From Acidimicrobiia bacterium (lineage in GTDB: Bacteria > Actinomycetota > Acidimicrobiia > Acidimicrobiales > SZUA-35), in the NCBI GenBank assembly GCA_003231975.1, contig QIKW01000270.1, forward strand, positions 1 through 61,083: a DNA stretch of 61,083 nt. The letters run 5' to 3'. Shown here in pieces: positions 17,392 through 26,814 of the stretch (the stretch's first letter is position 1; the number at the start of each line of letters is the position of its first letter). The position numbers and the translations under genes were made by a program. The notes under the pieces are model-generated. The model worked only from the letters and a program-made list of their open reading frames with translations, had not been told where the DNA came from and did no database searches.

Positions 17392-18372
17392 TCCTCGGAA
17401 CTCTGAGGTTCCCGAAGCTTGGGTGCCTCGCAACAAAAGCCCGGCCGCAAACTCCAGTTTGAACGACAGCCTGGTAAGCGAATGCAGGTTGTAGCGGTTG
17501 AAAAAACCGGATTGAGAGTAGAAGCCTTTGGCCCGCTCAACATCTCGGTACACCAACACGTTCTCCCACGGAACAAAGGCATCTTCGAACACCACAACGG
17601 CGTCGTTCTCGTCGAAACGGCTGGCCAACGGTGCCTCGAAAGGGCTTTGTGCTTTGGCTTCATAGGAAGGCCTTGAAATCAACTTGACCCCTGGCGCGTT
17701 CATCTCGGTTATGAACACGAGCGCCGTGTCGTCGTCTCGGCCCGCTTCCATCCTGGCCGACACGCCGCTGTTTACAGCAACGAAGGTGGCGTGGGTGAGA
17801 GCCGAGCCGGTGGCAACCATTTTGGCCCCGGACACATACATCCCGTTGTCGTCCGACCGATCCGTCGTGACAAAGACGTCTCGTACATCGCTTCGGTCTC
17901 GGCCTCGGTCAACCGGAGGGTCGATTAGAACATGGTTCAGGAAAAGCACCTGCGAGGCGCTCTTCTTATACCACGCAAGGGCGCTGTCTCCGAAGTCTCC
18001 ATAGAAGCTGTGGCCTTCGGCCAGCTGAGCCAGGAAGGCCGCCTTGTAGTCTGGGGTGCGGCTCATCCAGCCATGGGTCATCTGTTGCCATGTGGCAATG
18101 GCGGTGCGGCCCGCGCCAAGATCGGCCGCTGAATATGCGGGTGCGTAGAAAGAATGGGTGAGCTGGCCGAAGCGATCAACCCGGGTGAGGCTGGGGGCTG
18201 TTTCGGGATCGTGAAGTGCGTCGTACAACCCGGCGATGGTTCGAGCCGAGTTGGCGAACGCCGGGTGGGTGGTGACGTCTGGCACCTTCTCGCCGTCGTA
18301 CCAAACCTCGCGGCCATCCTGAAGGCTGGCCAGATAGCTCTCGCCGGTGAGCATGTCGTTAGAGAAGGTCAA
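17392..18372 (-). pseudogene. HpaB-family (4-hydroxyphenylacetate 3-monooxygenase-like) flavin oxygenase, 3'-truncated remnant
   Basis: The N-terminal 327 aa are HpaB-like, up to ...GTSEFRG. The rest of ORF 17035..18372 is low-complexity sequence antisense to livM. The usual C-terminal part, roughly 150 aa, is absent in every frame. Confidence 0.6.
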
Positions 18373-19840
18373 AATACTCTTCCTGTTCCCAGTCGGTCAC
18401 AGCCGAGAGGAAGCGGCTCCACTCGTTCTGCTTGATAGCAACCAGGTAGTCAACAAACGGATCGCCAAGGACCTCTCGATAGAACGAACTGGCGGCAAAG
18501 GCTTCAATTGCATCTCCCAGGTTGCGGTGCAATCTTGGACCTGCGGCGTCTTGGTAGGGCAGGTCGGTTGGAGGAGGCGGCTCAGCCCCGGCTTGAATTC
18601 CTGCCAGCCCCGACAGCACCTGGGAAGCCAAGTACAGATACGGATTGGCGCCCGAGTCTCCCACCCGGTTCTCAACCCGCGTGGCTGGATCGTTGGCTCC
18701 CCCGACTATCCGCAGCATGGCGCCCCTATTTTCACACCCCCAGGCAATCCGATCTGGAGCCAGCGAATCTGGCCGGTACCGCTTGTATCCAGTGATCGTG
18801 GGGGTTGTCAGCAAACATGATTCGGCCGCTTTGGCAAGTAGCCCCGCCACATAGCTGGCTCCGAGAGAAGACAAAGGGCTGGAGCCATCGGTGGGCACAA
18901 ACAGGTTCTCGCCTGTTTGGCTATCCAACAACGACTGATGCAGGTGCCAGCCACTGGTGAAAGAGTTTGGCAGGTTCGGTCGGCTCATGAACGTTGCGTG
19001 CAGGCCGTTGCGGTGCGCTATCTGCTTTATGGCGGATCTCAGGAAAACGGCTTCGTCGGCCGGCACCAAACCAACTGATGGCGAGAACGTCAGCTCAACC
19101 TGGCTGGGGCCAAGCTCAAGCTCCATGGATCGAGGGGCCAGCCCAATGGCGCTGAGGTCGGCCCGCAGCAGTTCCAGGAATGGTTCGATCTTGTCTTGGC
19201 GGCCCTCCCCCAAGTACACATAACCAAGATGGCTGTGAGACAGCGCAAGGCGCTCAACCGCGCCCCGGGAATCGGTGACGCTCAAATGCGGGTTGTCGAC
19301 CTGGTACAGATGGAATTCGACCTCCAGCCCAGCCTGAAACTGGTAACCCAACTGATCCAGACGATCCACGGCGGCTCGATAGACGTGACGAGTGGACAAC
19401 CCAACCGGGTTGGCCTCCGGGGTGTACAGGTCACACAAGAGCCAGCCAGTGCCCCCCACCCACGGAAGAATCCGGAATGTAGAGGGATCGGGCAGCATCA
19501 TCACATCGCCCGCCCCGGTCATCGAAGGTTCACCAACGCCAGACCCCACCGCCCACACCGGATGCACGTTGTTCTGGGCGGTGTCCTTCATAAGAAGGGC
19601 GCTGGTGATACCGACCCCGTTCTCCATGAGACCAGACAGAAGATCTGCCCGCAAAGTCTTGCCTCGAAGCATTCCGTGCTGATCGGCGAACGCCAGCCGC
19701 ACGCTGTGAAGGCCGGCGCTGTGTGCTTCGGCCAGAACCCCAGCCACCCGTTCTCGCCGCTCATCGGTGTCGACGCCCGCGGCTTCGGCCAGATTGGTCC
19801 GGCCCGTTTGACCAGGCGATGTCATCTCTTGATCCCACAT
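18359..19840 (-). CDS. Glutamine synthetase-family gamma-glutamyl ligase (GlnA3/PuuA/TdnQ-like)
   Basis: GS catalytic-domain pattern (SGWHLHQSL, NRGAMLRIV). The start shares 1 nt with the upstream Rieske gene stop (TGATG). Confidence 0.85.
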   Translation of the reverse strand: MWDQEMTSPGQTGRTNLAEAAGVDTDERRERVAGVLAEAHSAGLHSVRLAFADQHGMLRGKTLRADLLSGLMENGVGITSALLMKDTAQNNVHPVWAVGSGVGEPSMTGAGDVMMLPDPSTFRILPWVGGTGWLLCDLYTPEANPVGLSTRHVYRAAVDRLDQLGYQFQAGLEVEFHLYQVDNPHLSVTDSRGAVERLALSHSHLGYVYLGEGRQDKIEPFLELLRADLSAIGLAPRSMELELGPSQVELTFSPSVGLVPADEAVFLRSAIKQIAHRNGLHATFMSRPNLPNSFTSGWHLHQSLLDSQTGENLFVPTDGSSPLSSLGASYVAGLLAKAAESCLLTTPTITGYKRYRPDSLAPDRIAWGCENRGAMLRIVGGANDPATRVENRVGDSGANPYLYLASQVLSGLAGIQAGAEPPPPTDLPYQDAAGPRLHRNLGDAIEAFAASSFYREVLGDPFVDYLVAIKQNEWSRFLSAVTDWEQEEYFDLL

Positions 19841-21141
19841 CAGTCGGTTAGCGGCGGCGCCCAGCCAGAGATCTCGCGGCGTTCCCGATCTGCCTTGCGC
19901 CAGCAGGCATCGGGGGCTTCATCGGTGGCAACCGCGTCAATTGCGGCAGGCCCATGGCGCTGGGATGGATTGGATTTCCCAATCAGGTTGGGCTGGGACG
20001 GGTTCTCGGCCGCAGCAAGAAACAGCCGCCGATGCATGCGAATGCCAACATCGGAAGGGCTGAGATGTTCCTTGGTGCGGTCGGCGACGGCCCCCGGAGA
20101 CTCCACGGCCCACTGGTCGTGGACGTTGATGTCTGGACCCATCCCGGTGAAGGTCTTCGTTCGCTGTTCCACAGGATCGAATCCCCAGTTGTTGGTTTTG
20201 CCTATCTTTGGCCGGTAGGACGGCAGCTCAACAGCCCCAATTCGCTGTCGCCGCATCTTTGATGAATCAACGGGCTGTCCGTAGCTGACAAACATTGCGT
20301 ACCAGTAACACGAGGTGTCATCGATCGGCACATGCCATTGGGTGATCGATATCTCGCCGCTCATCGGAATGGTGATTGCGTTTGGGAACACGCAGTTGGT
20401 GATCCGGACGTGGGTGAACTGGTTCTGAAAGTTCCGGAGGGCAGTCAGGCGGAAACCGAACCCGGTTGGCTGAACGGTTACCACCGGGTTGGGCACCTCC
20501 CTGAGCAGCTTCGTTGATGCCAGGCCCGTATTCGCCAGCTGGGCCCTGAACTGGAGCCCGTACTGCTCGTCTTCGTCTTCCAGGAAGCGGTGGAGAAAGG
20601 AGGCATGCGATGGATCGATGCCAACCTCTTGGGCCTGGAACCAATTGCAGGCCCAGAGGCCCTTGAACGCAAAGACCTGCTGGCCAGGAGCTTCCAAGCA
20701 ATCCAAGGAGGCAAGCGGAGGCGCATCACCTTCGCCAAGCCAGGCCCAGATGATCCCGTTCCGTTCCAAGACGGGGTAGCTGGGCTGACACACGCGAGAT
20801 TTGAGAACGCTGCCTTCGGGCTCGGCCGGTGTGTCAAGGCAGCGACCGTCGACATCAAAGAGCCAGCCGTGGAAGGTGCAGCGCAGGCCACCATCTTCGG
20901 GCCTACCAAACGAAAGGTCTACGCCCCGGTGCGGACAGGCCCGGTCAAGAAGGCCCAGCCGCCCCGCCTGGTCCCTGAAGAGGACGAAGTTCTCGCCAAG
21001 CAGGCGAACCGACACCACCGGGCGCTCGCCGTCCAACTCTTCGGCCAGGGCAGCGGGCTGCCAGTACTGGCGGAGCACAAACCCCCCAGCCGTTCGGGGG
21101 CCTGATTCGGTGAGAAGCCGGTTCTGGCGAGCATCAATCAA
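19840..21141 (-). CDS. Rieske [2Fe-2S] non-heme-iron oxygenase alpha subunit (no beta subunit adjacent)
   Basis: CPHRG...CTFHGW Rieske motif and DPSHASFLH iron motif. TTG 21141 avoids the 82-nt overlap that the ORF-track start 21258 would create. The start is uncertain. Confidence 0.85.
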   Translation of the reverse strand: MIDARQNRLLTESGPRTAGGFVLRQYWQPAALAEELDGERPVVSVRLLGENFVLFRDQAGRLGLLDRACPHRGVDLSFGRPEDGGLRCTFHGWLFDVDGRCLDTPAEPEGSVLKSRVCQPSYPVLERNGIIWAWLGEGDAPPLASLDCLEAPGQQVFAFKGLWACNWFQAQEVGIDPSHASFLHRFLEDEDEQYGLQFRAQLANTGLASTKLLREVPNPVVTVQPTGFGFRLTALRNFQNQFTHVRITNCVFPNAITIPMSGEISITQWHVPIDDTSCYWYAMFVSYGQPVDSSKMRRQRIGAVELPSYRPKIGKTNNWGFDPVEQRTKTFTGMGPDINVHDQWAVESPGAVADRTKEHLSPSDVGIRMHRRLFLAAAENPSQPNLIGKSNPSQRHGPAAIDAVATDEAPDACWRKADRERREISGWAPPLTD

Positions 21142-21175
21142 TCGACCGGCCCCTTTCGTGGTTTGGAGCCCAGAG

Positions 21176-22039
21176 CTACTTGTCTGACCCCAATGCGAAG
21201 CCTGCCATGAACGGCTTCTGGAGCGCGATGAAAACAATGGCTGGCGGAATCGAGACAATGAGGGCTGCCAACATCAAGGGGCCGAATGAGAACCCGGTGT
21301 CTAGTGTCTGGAGGCCCTGTAGTCCAACCTGCACAACTTGTTTGTCTGCATCAGAAATGATCAACACCGGCCAGAGGTACATGTTCCAAACAAACACAAA
21401 CTGAATCACCGCTAGGGCCCCGATTACGTTCCAAGACAACGGGATCAGAATCTTGAACAGGAACTGAAGCGGCGAAGCCCCGTCGATTTGGGATGCCTCG
21501 GAGAGGTCTCTCGGCAGGTTGGCGAAGTGCTGGCGAAACAGGAAGGCGCCAGTGGCTGAGGCGGCGAACGGAATCACAAGGCCAGCCATCGAATCCTTCC
21601 AGCCAAGGCTGGAAACAATGCGGAACAAGGCCAGGATCATCACTTCTGTTGGCATCATCAGGGTGATCAGAACGAAGAAGAAGACCAACCATTTGCCCCG
21701 GAAGCTGAAATACACAAACGCCAGGCCAGCCAGCAACGACAACACCGTCTTTGCAACCGTGATCAGAGTGGCCTGAAGCAGCGAGTTCCACATCAAGCGA
21801 CCAAGGTTTCTGCCGCTCCACACCTGCTCGAAGTGCGTGGCCAGCCCAGTTCCCGGCGTGAGCTGAAAGCTGAAGATTTCGGCGTTGGTCTGGGTTGCCA
21901 CCAGGGCTGCGTACAGCAGCGGAAACAGAATCAACAGCATTGAGAACCAAATGCCGAAGTGCTTCGGCCAGGACCGGCCCCTGATCAGCCCAGGCTTGCC
22001 AACCTGGAGCGACAGCCCGGCCTTATTATGCGCTGCCAT
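21176..22039 (-). CDS. CUT1-family ABC permease (UgpE/MalG-like)
   Basis: EAA loop EASQIDGASPLQFLFKILIP, six TM helices. Confidence 0.9.
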   Translation of the reverse strand: MAAHNKAGLSLQVGKPGLIRGRSWPKHFGIWFSMLLILFPLLYAALVATQTNAEIFSFQLTPGTGLATHFEQVWSGRNLGRLMWNSLLQATLITVAKTVLSLLAGLAFVYFSFRGKWLVFFFVLITLMMPTEVMILALFRIVSSLGWKDSMAGLVIPFAASATGAFLFRQHFANLPRDLSEASQIDGASPLQFLFKILIPLSWNVIGALAVIQFVFVWNMYLWPVLIISDADKQVVQVGLQGLQTLDTGFSFGPLMLAALIVSIPPAIVFIALQKPFMAGFALGSDK

Positions 22040-23372
22040 AGCTGATCTTCCCCTCTGATTGGCGGAACTGCCAGGCGGTTAGGCCAATTACCGCCAGGAA
22101 CAACACCACAGATTGGGCGGCTCCTCGCCCAAGCTGGCCTGTTTCGATACCAACACGAATGATCTCATAAATCGAAACCGACGTTGCCCCGGCCGGAGCG
22201 CCCTTGGTGAGGAAGTCAATGGTTCCATACACATCAAAGAACGAAAAAGTTAGGTTGGTGATCAGCAAGAAAAAGGCGATTGGGCCAAGGGCTGGCATCA
22301 CAATCCGCCGGAACCTCTGTAGCGAGTTGGCTCCATCTATGGCCGCAGCCTCAATTTGTTCTCGAGGCACAGTTTGAAGCCCGGCTAAGAAGAACAGCAG
22401 GTTGTAGCCAATCAGCTTCCAAACCGAGGCCAAGATGATTGCCAGCCGGGCCAGGGTGGCGTTGGTTGAGTAGTTCGGGAAGTTGAAACCAAACCAGTTG
22501 TCGGCCACTGCGGCAAAAATCCCGCCGGTTGCGTCGAACATCATGAAGAACAAGATCCCTGCCACCGGTGGCGAGATGGCGTAAGGCCAAATCAGTAAGG
22601 TTCGGTAAACCGTGATACCCCGCACGTGACCGAAGGTGAGGTAGGCCAGGCCAAGGCCAATCACCATGCTGAGAATCACAATGCTTGATGAGATGATCAG
22701 GGTGTTCAGGTAGATCAGCTGGTAGCCACCGTTTTCGCTCTCGAAGATGAAGTAGAGCGAAAAGAGAAACAGGAGGATGCCGAACGGCCGGATAACCCTG
22801 GTGAACCCGTGGGCCGCAGAACCCGGCTCTGAGCGGCGATGCCAGAGCCCAACACCCCAAATCACCGCAACCGAAGTGAGCGGGAGCATCACCAAAAGAG
22901 CTGGGCTGGTAATCAGCAGTTCTGAGAAATTCTGGAGGCACCTGTCTCGAACAATCGGCGTGCCAAGCCGGGTGAGCTTGGTTGACAACGTGAACGTTTG
23001 GTAAGCCGGGAGATACAAGAAGAACACCAGGATCACCAGCGTTGGTGACAGCAAGATCCAGGGCCAGTACCAGCCAAGTTTGAAACTACCGGTTCGAATA
23101 TCGCCACTGCCAAGGTCAGCCGATTTCTGGCCAAGCACCGCCTTGGCACCAGCCCCGAACATCCAGGCGAAGGCGCCCGCTAGCACAACTCCCAGAACTG
23201 CCTGGGTTGACTCCACCTCGGAGCCAAACATGCAGAACCGAAGCGAGCCCAAGATCAGCGAGGCCCCTAAAACCCCAAGGGCAGCCCCCACAGCACCTCC
23301 TCGCATGGTCCTGGAACCAAACGAGAAGGCGCCGATCGCTATTGCGACCAGGAAGCTAGCAATAAGGGCCAT
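22026..23372 (-). CDS. CUT1-family ABC permease (UgpA/MalF-like) with an extended N-terminus
   Basis: EAAAIDGANSLQRFRRIVMP, plus extra N-terminal TM helices. Confidence 0.85.
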   Translation of the reverse strand: MALIASFLVAIAIGAFSFGSRTMRGGAVGAALGVLGASLILGSLRFCMFGSEVESTQAVLGVVLAGAFAWMFGAGAKAVLGQKSADLGSGDIRTGSFKLGWYWPWILLSPTLVILVFFLYLPAYQTFTLSTKLTRLGTPIVRDRCLQNFSELLITSPALLVMLPLTSVAVIWGVGLWHRRSEPGSAAHGFTRVIRPFGILLFLFSLYFIFESENGGYQLIYLNTLIISSSIVILSMVIGLGLAYLTFGHVRGITVYRTLLIWPYAISPPVAGILFFMMFDATGGIFAAVADNWFGFNFPNYSTNATLARLAIILASVWKLIGYNLLFFLAGLQTVPREQIEAAAIDGANSLQRFRRIVMPALGPIAFFLLITNLTFSFFDVYGTIDFLTKGAPAGATSVSIYEIIRVGIETGQLGRGAAQSVVLFLAVIGLTAWQFRQSEGKISYGSA

Positions 23373-23387
23373 TTCTGCGGCTGGCTA

Positions 23388-24875
23388 TCAGCCGCCAAAC
23401 AGCTCGTTGTAGTCGTCCAGGAGGCCCTGGGCTTCTTTCTGAGCCGACTCCATGCGCACATCGACATCGACATCGTTAACCAGGATGTCTTCGATTGCCA
23501 ATGTGACGACATCTCGGATTGCAACAAAGTTGCCAAGCAGGGCGCCGGTGGAGGCCGGAGTGTCTGCTGCGGCATCAAGCTGTTCTGAAGCAACCGCTGA
23601 GTTCGGGCTCTCGTCGTACCAACCCTCGGACTCAAGCAACGCTGTTGCTTCATTGGTGATTGGGATGTAGCCAGTGACCTTGTGCCACGAGGCCGCGTTC
23701 TCTGGGTTGGAGAAGAAGTTCATGAACGCTAGGGCGCCGTCTTCTTCCTCGGGCGAGAGGCCGTTGGTCATCCAGAGTGTGGCTCCACCAATCAGGTTGC
23801 CGACATACGGGCGATCCTGGTTGTAGGGCATGAACGAGGTGCGAACATCGAACCCGTTGGCTGTGGCGTCGTCGGTGATCACTGTTGTGTCAGACGATGA
23901 GTAAACCAGCATTGCCACGTTCTGTGAGTTAAACGCAGCCGCGGTGCCGCCCCAGTCGCGCTGGGTGCCGGTGTAGACGTAGGCGCCGGAATCCTCAAGA
24001 TCGCTCCACCACTGGACGTAGTCGATGGCAGCTTCGGAGTTCAGGATGACCTCGGTGGCCCGGGCAGAGCGTCCGTTGTCGTTGTTGGCCAGATCGGCTC
24101 CGGCCTGACCAAGTGACTGCTCGAAGAACCAACCGTGGTTGGGCCAGGTGATGCAGTTGTCTGGCCCGTCGGCGAGAGCCGCTATTGCCGTGCATGCGGC
24201 CTCGACGCCTTCCCATGTGGTTGGCGGCTCGGTGATTCCAGCTGCGCTGAGGATGTCCATATTGGAGAACATGGTTGTGGAGGATGTGTTCCACGGCATC
24301 GAGAACAGCTCGTCGTTGATTGTGTAGTACTTGCTTGCGGCCGAAACCACATCGCCAAGAACTACCGGCTCACCAAGAATCTCGGTTCGGCCTGCTACGG
24401 CTTCGGTGACCGACTTGAAGATCGGGTCTCCGTTGCTATCGATGGCGTCAAGTGCATCTTGGGTGGCAGCTTCGAAGAAGTGAATTATTTCGGGCGGGCT
24501 ACCGTCTTCGATGGCAAGCGCCGTCTGCTCAAACACCGTGTTGTAGGAATCGAACGGGGTGACAACAACGTTGTACCCAGACTGCCTGGCGTTGAACTCC
24601 GCAGCCCGATCCTGTGTGAAGTTCAGCCGGGCGTCGTCGCTGAAGGCAATCCACATCTCGATTTCGATGACATCATCCATTGCCTCCCCTTCTTCGTCAT
24701 CCATTGCCTCCCCTTCTTCGTCATCCATGGCGTCGCCCTCTTCGTCATCCATGGCGTCGCCCTCACCATCGGCCGGTGCTTCGGTTGAGTCAGGCGTTCC
24801 CGCAGACTCCTCCTCAGAGCTGCAGGCGGCAGCCACCAGGGCCATCGCAAACAGTAGTGCCAGTAACTTCTTCAC
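23388..24875 (-). CDS. CUT1-family ABC solute-binding lipoprotein with an acidic repeat linker
   Basis: Lipobox VAAAC, then GDAMDDEE/GEAMDDEE x4, then an SBP_bac_1-like body. Confidence 0.9.
   Translation of the reverse strand: MKKLLALLFAMALVAAACSSEEESAGTPDSTEAPADGEGDAMDDEEGDAMDDEEGEAMDDEEGEAMDDVIEIEMWIAFSDDARLNFTQDRAAEFNARQSGYNVVVTPFDSYNTVFEQTALAIEDGSPPEIIHFFEAATQDALDAIDSNGDPIFKSVTEAVAGRTEILGEPVVLGDVVSAASKYYTINDELFSMPWNTSSTTMFSNMDILSAAGITEPPTTWEGVEAACTAIAALADGPDNCITWPNHGWFFEQSLGQAGADLANNDNGRSARATEVILNSEAAIDYVQWWSDLEDSGAYVYTGTQRDWGGTAAAFNSQNVAMLVYSSSDTTVITDDATANGFDVRTSFMPYNQDRPYVGNLIGGATLWMTNGLSPEEEDGALAFMNFFSNPENAASWHKVTGYIPITNEATALLESEGWYDESPNSAVASEQLDAAADTPASTGALLGNFVAIRDVVTLAIEDILVNDVDVDVRMESAQKEAQGLLDDYNELFGG
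24674..24769 (-). repeat. 24-nt coding tandem repeat x4 (encodes the E/D-rich linker)
   Basis: Units at 24674, 24698, 24722 and 24746. The first two are identical to each other, and the last two are nearly identical to each other. Confidence 0.9.
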
Positions 24876-25213
24876 GTGAATACCTCAAATCTTGTTCGTT
24901 AGTCGGTAAGACCGTAACAGATCTCTCACGTATCAGTGGGCAGGTTGTGGCCAAGCTACGAACTCGTGACGTTCTGACATGGGCCGCTACTCGTCGTCAT
25001 CACAGCCGCCATCACGGTCGTCCCTCAAGAACTCATTGAGCGCTGGGGTTGGCCCGGGTGGTTCGACCGACCGGAGCGCAGCGGCAGCCTCAGCCAAACC
25101 AACGACGACTGGATGTCCGGCCAACTCGGGCTCAACCGTGCCTTCCAATCCCTTGTTGAGGTGCCCCGCCGAAAGATCTCTCATATTGGCCGGATGAACG
25201 GATTCCGATCCGG

Positions 25214-25771
25214 TCAGGAAACCACCTGCGAAGCGATTTCTTTATGAAGACGTCGGAGGCCGCGACGCTGCAGAGCCTTCACCGCCGAGACTGGCTTTCC
25301 TACGACGCTAGCAACCTGTTCCAGGCTCAGATCGGCGATCATCCGCAAGGCAACGACCTCTCGCTGCTGAATCGTCAAGACATTCAGAAGCTCCAGCGCG
25401 TCCGCAGTTCCCAGCCGAGCAAGAGCTTCGACTTCAGCTGACGGATGGGGCAGAACCGACACTGATTCGTCAGCCAACTTCGGCCTGCGTTCTCTGGCGC
25501 GGTGAGCGTCCACCAGGTGATTCCTGGCGATAGCGAAAACCCATCGCGTAAAGCCCGCCTCATCACCCTCAAACGAATCAAGGCTGCGAAACACACGCAA
25601 CAACACCTCGTTGGCTACCGCATCGGCATCTTCGGTACCACGCACCAGAGCGAACGCCTTGACCCTTCCCGCATAAGAACGGTACAACCGGTCAAAGGCA
25701 TCGCTATCGCCTTGAAGGGCCGCAGCCAAGACAAGCTCGAACGACGAACCGAGGCCCCCTACCTCAGTCAC
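25214..25771 (-). CDS. ECF-type RNA polymerase sigma-70 family factor
   Basis: Region 2 (FTRWVFAIARNHLVDAHR) and region 4 (LSLEQVASVVGKPVSAVKALQRRGL). GTG overlaps the upstream TAG by 1 nt. Confidence 0.9.
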   Translation of the reverse strand: MTEVGGLGSSFELVLAAALQGDSDAFDRLYRSYAGRVKAFALVRGTEDADAVANEVLLRVFRSLDSFEGDEAGFTRWVFAIARNHLVDAHRARERRPKLADESVSVLPHPSAEVEALARLGTADALELLNVLTIQQREVVALRMIADLSLEQVASVVGKPVSAVKALQRRGLRRLHKEIASQVVS

Positions 25772-26814
25772 TAGCGCAGCGGGGCGGCGAATTCGCCCCG
25801 GTCGGGGCTATGCCTCAATGGTTGCGCATCGGGAAGAGCCTCGCACACGGCCTGTGCCGCCAACAGTTCGCTTGTCTGTTTTCCAACGTCACGAAACCGG
25901 TAGAGCGCTGCCAGCCGAAGCCACGTGTGGCGCTGGACGGTTCGTACTGTTTCCAGATCGATGAGGCGAACCTCGCGGTAGCCATCCAGAAATGCTGAAA
26001 CCTGGCCAGCGGCCAGCTTCGGCGCCAGCCCAGCCTGGATTTTGCGAAGCACCAGATGGGCTGCGAGGTTGCCAACATCAACTTCGCCAGCCCCGGTGGT
26101 CAGACCGTCCATGTCTATGACTGCGACCGAGTCGTGACTCAGGATCAGGTTCTTGTCATGGAGATCGCCGTGAACCACTGCACGCCCACGGAAATTCGGC
26201 TGCGGCAGTTCAGCCAGCAAGCGCCGGAGCGTTGCCGCCCATTCCGGGTCGGCGCGGGCCGTTGTGTCCAACCAACTCTGGTCTGCTCCTTTGTCACCGG
26301 GGGTAAGGCCCGGCGGTGGAACGTGGCTGTGAATCTTGCCGAGCGTTCGACCAACAGCTCGAAGCTGATCTGCGGTGACGGTGTCTCCAGCAAGGAGTTC
26401 ATTGAGGGAAGGCCCCACTATGGCCGACAACTCAATCCTGCCGTCGCGGTGGACCGAAAGAACCTTCGGTGCCGCGATTCCCAGCGATTCAGCCAACTGA
26501 TGGCGATGCGCAACTGCCTCCACCCGTGAGGCTCTGAGCACCTTGATGAAGCGGCCTCGTTTCGCAACTACTGCCCTTCGGTTATGGCGATACGAAACCA
26601 GCTGGCCCCCTTCGGCAAGAGCGGGGCCCAGACCGGGAAGAGCTTTGTCGGCCAACGGATTGACCGGAACCACCAAACCAGTCTCGGGCCAGAGAGTGCC
26701 CCACTTGGATTTGTCAGTAACGGTCCAGTGGCCGCGCCGCTTTGGATAGGTGATCGGCCACTCCTGAAGCCACGGAGCAGCGGAAGCAATTGGCGGGCGA
26801 CGGGTGGCGCTCAT
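25771..26814 (-). CDS. APH/choline-kinase-fold phosphotransferase (kinase-like)
   Basis: VVHGDLHDKNLIL ... IDMDG catalytic and Mg-binding motifs. Confidence 0.75.
   Translation of the reverse strand: MSATRRPPIASAAPWLQEWPITYPKRRGHWTVTDKSKWGTLWPETGLVVPVNPLADKALPGLGPALAEGGQLVSYRHNRRAVVAKRGRFIKVLRASRVEAVAHRHQLAESLGIAAPKVLSVHRDGRIELSAIVGPSLNELLAGDTVTADQLRAVGRTLGKIHSHVPPPGLTPGDKGADQSWLDTTARADPEWAATLRRLLAELPQPNFRGRAVVHGDLHDKNLILSHDSVAVIDMDGLTTGAGEVDVGNLAAHLVLRKIQAGLAPKLAAGQVSAFLDGYREVRLIDLETVRTVQRHTWLRLAALYRFRDVGKQTSELLAAQAVCEALPDAQPLRHSPDRGEFAAPLR

Noticed and set aside
21142-21258. Longer start (21258) for the Rieske oxygenase
   Set aside because: It would overlap the upstream permease gene by 82 nt and add an SRSRSRS low-complexity peptide. 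TTG 21141 is more plausible but unproven.
24987-25184. 65-aa ORF downstream of the ECF sigma as its anti-sigma factor
   Set aside because: It has no TM helix, no zinc-anti-sigma HxxxCxxC motif and no SD, and it has acidic low-complexity ends. There is not enough evidence to call it a gene.
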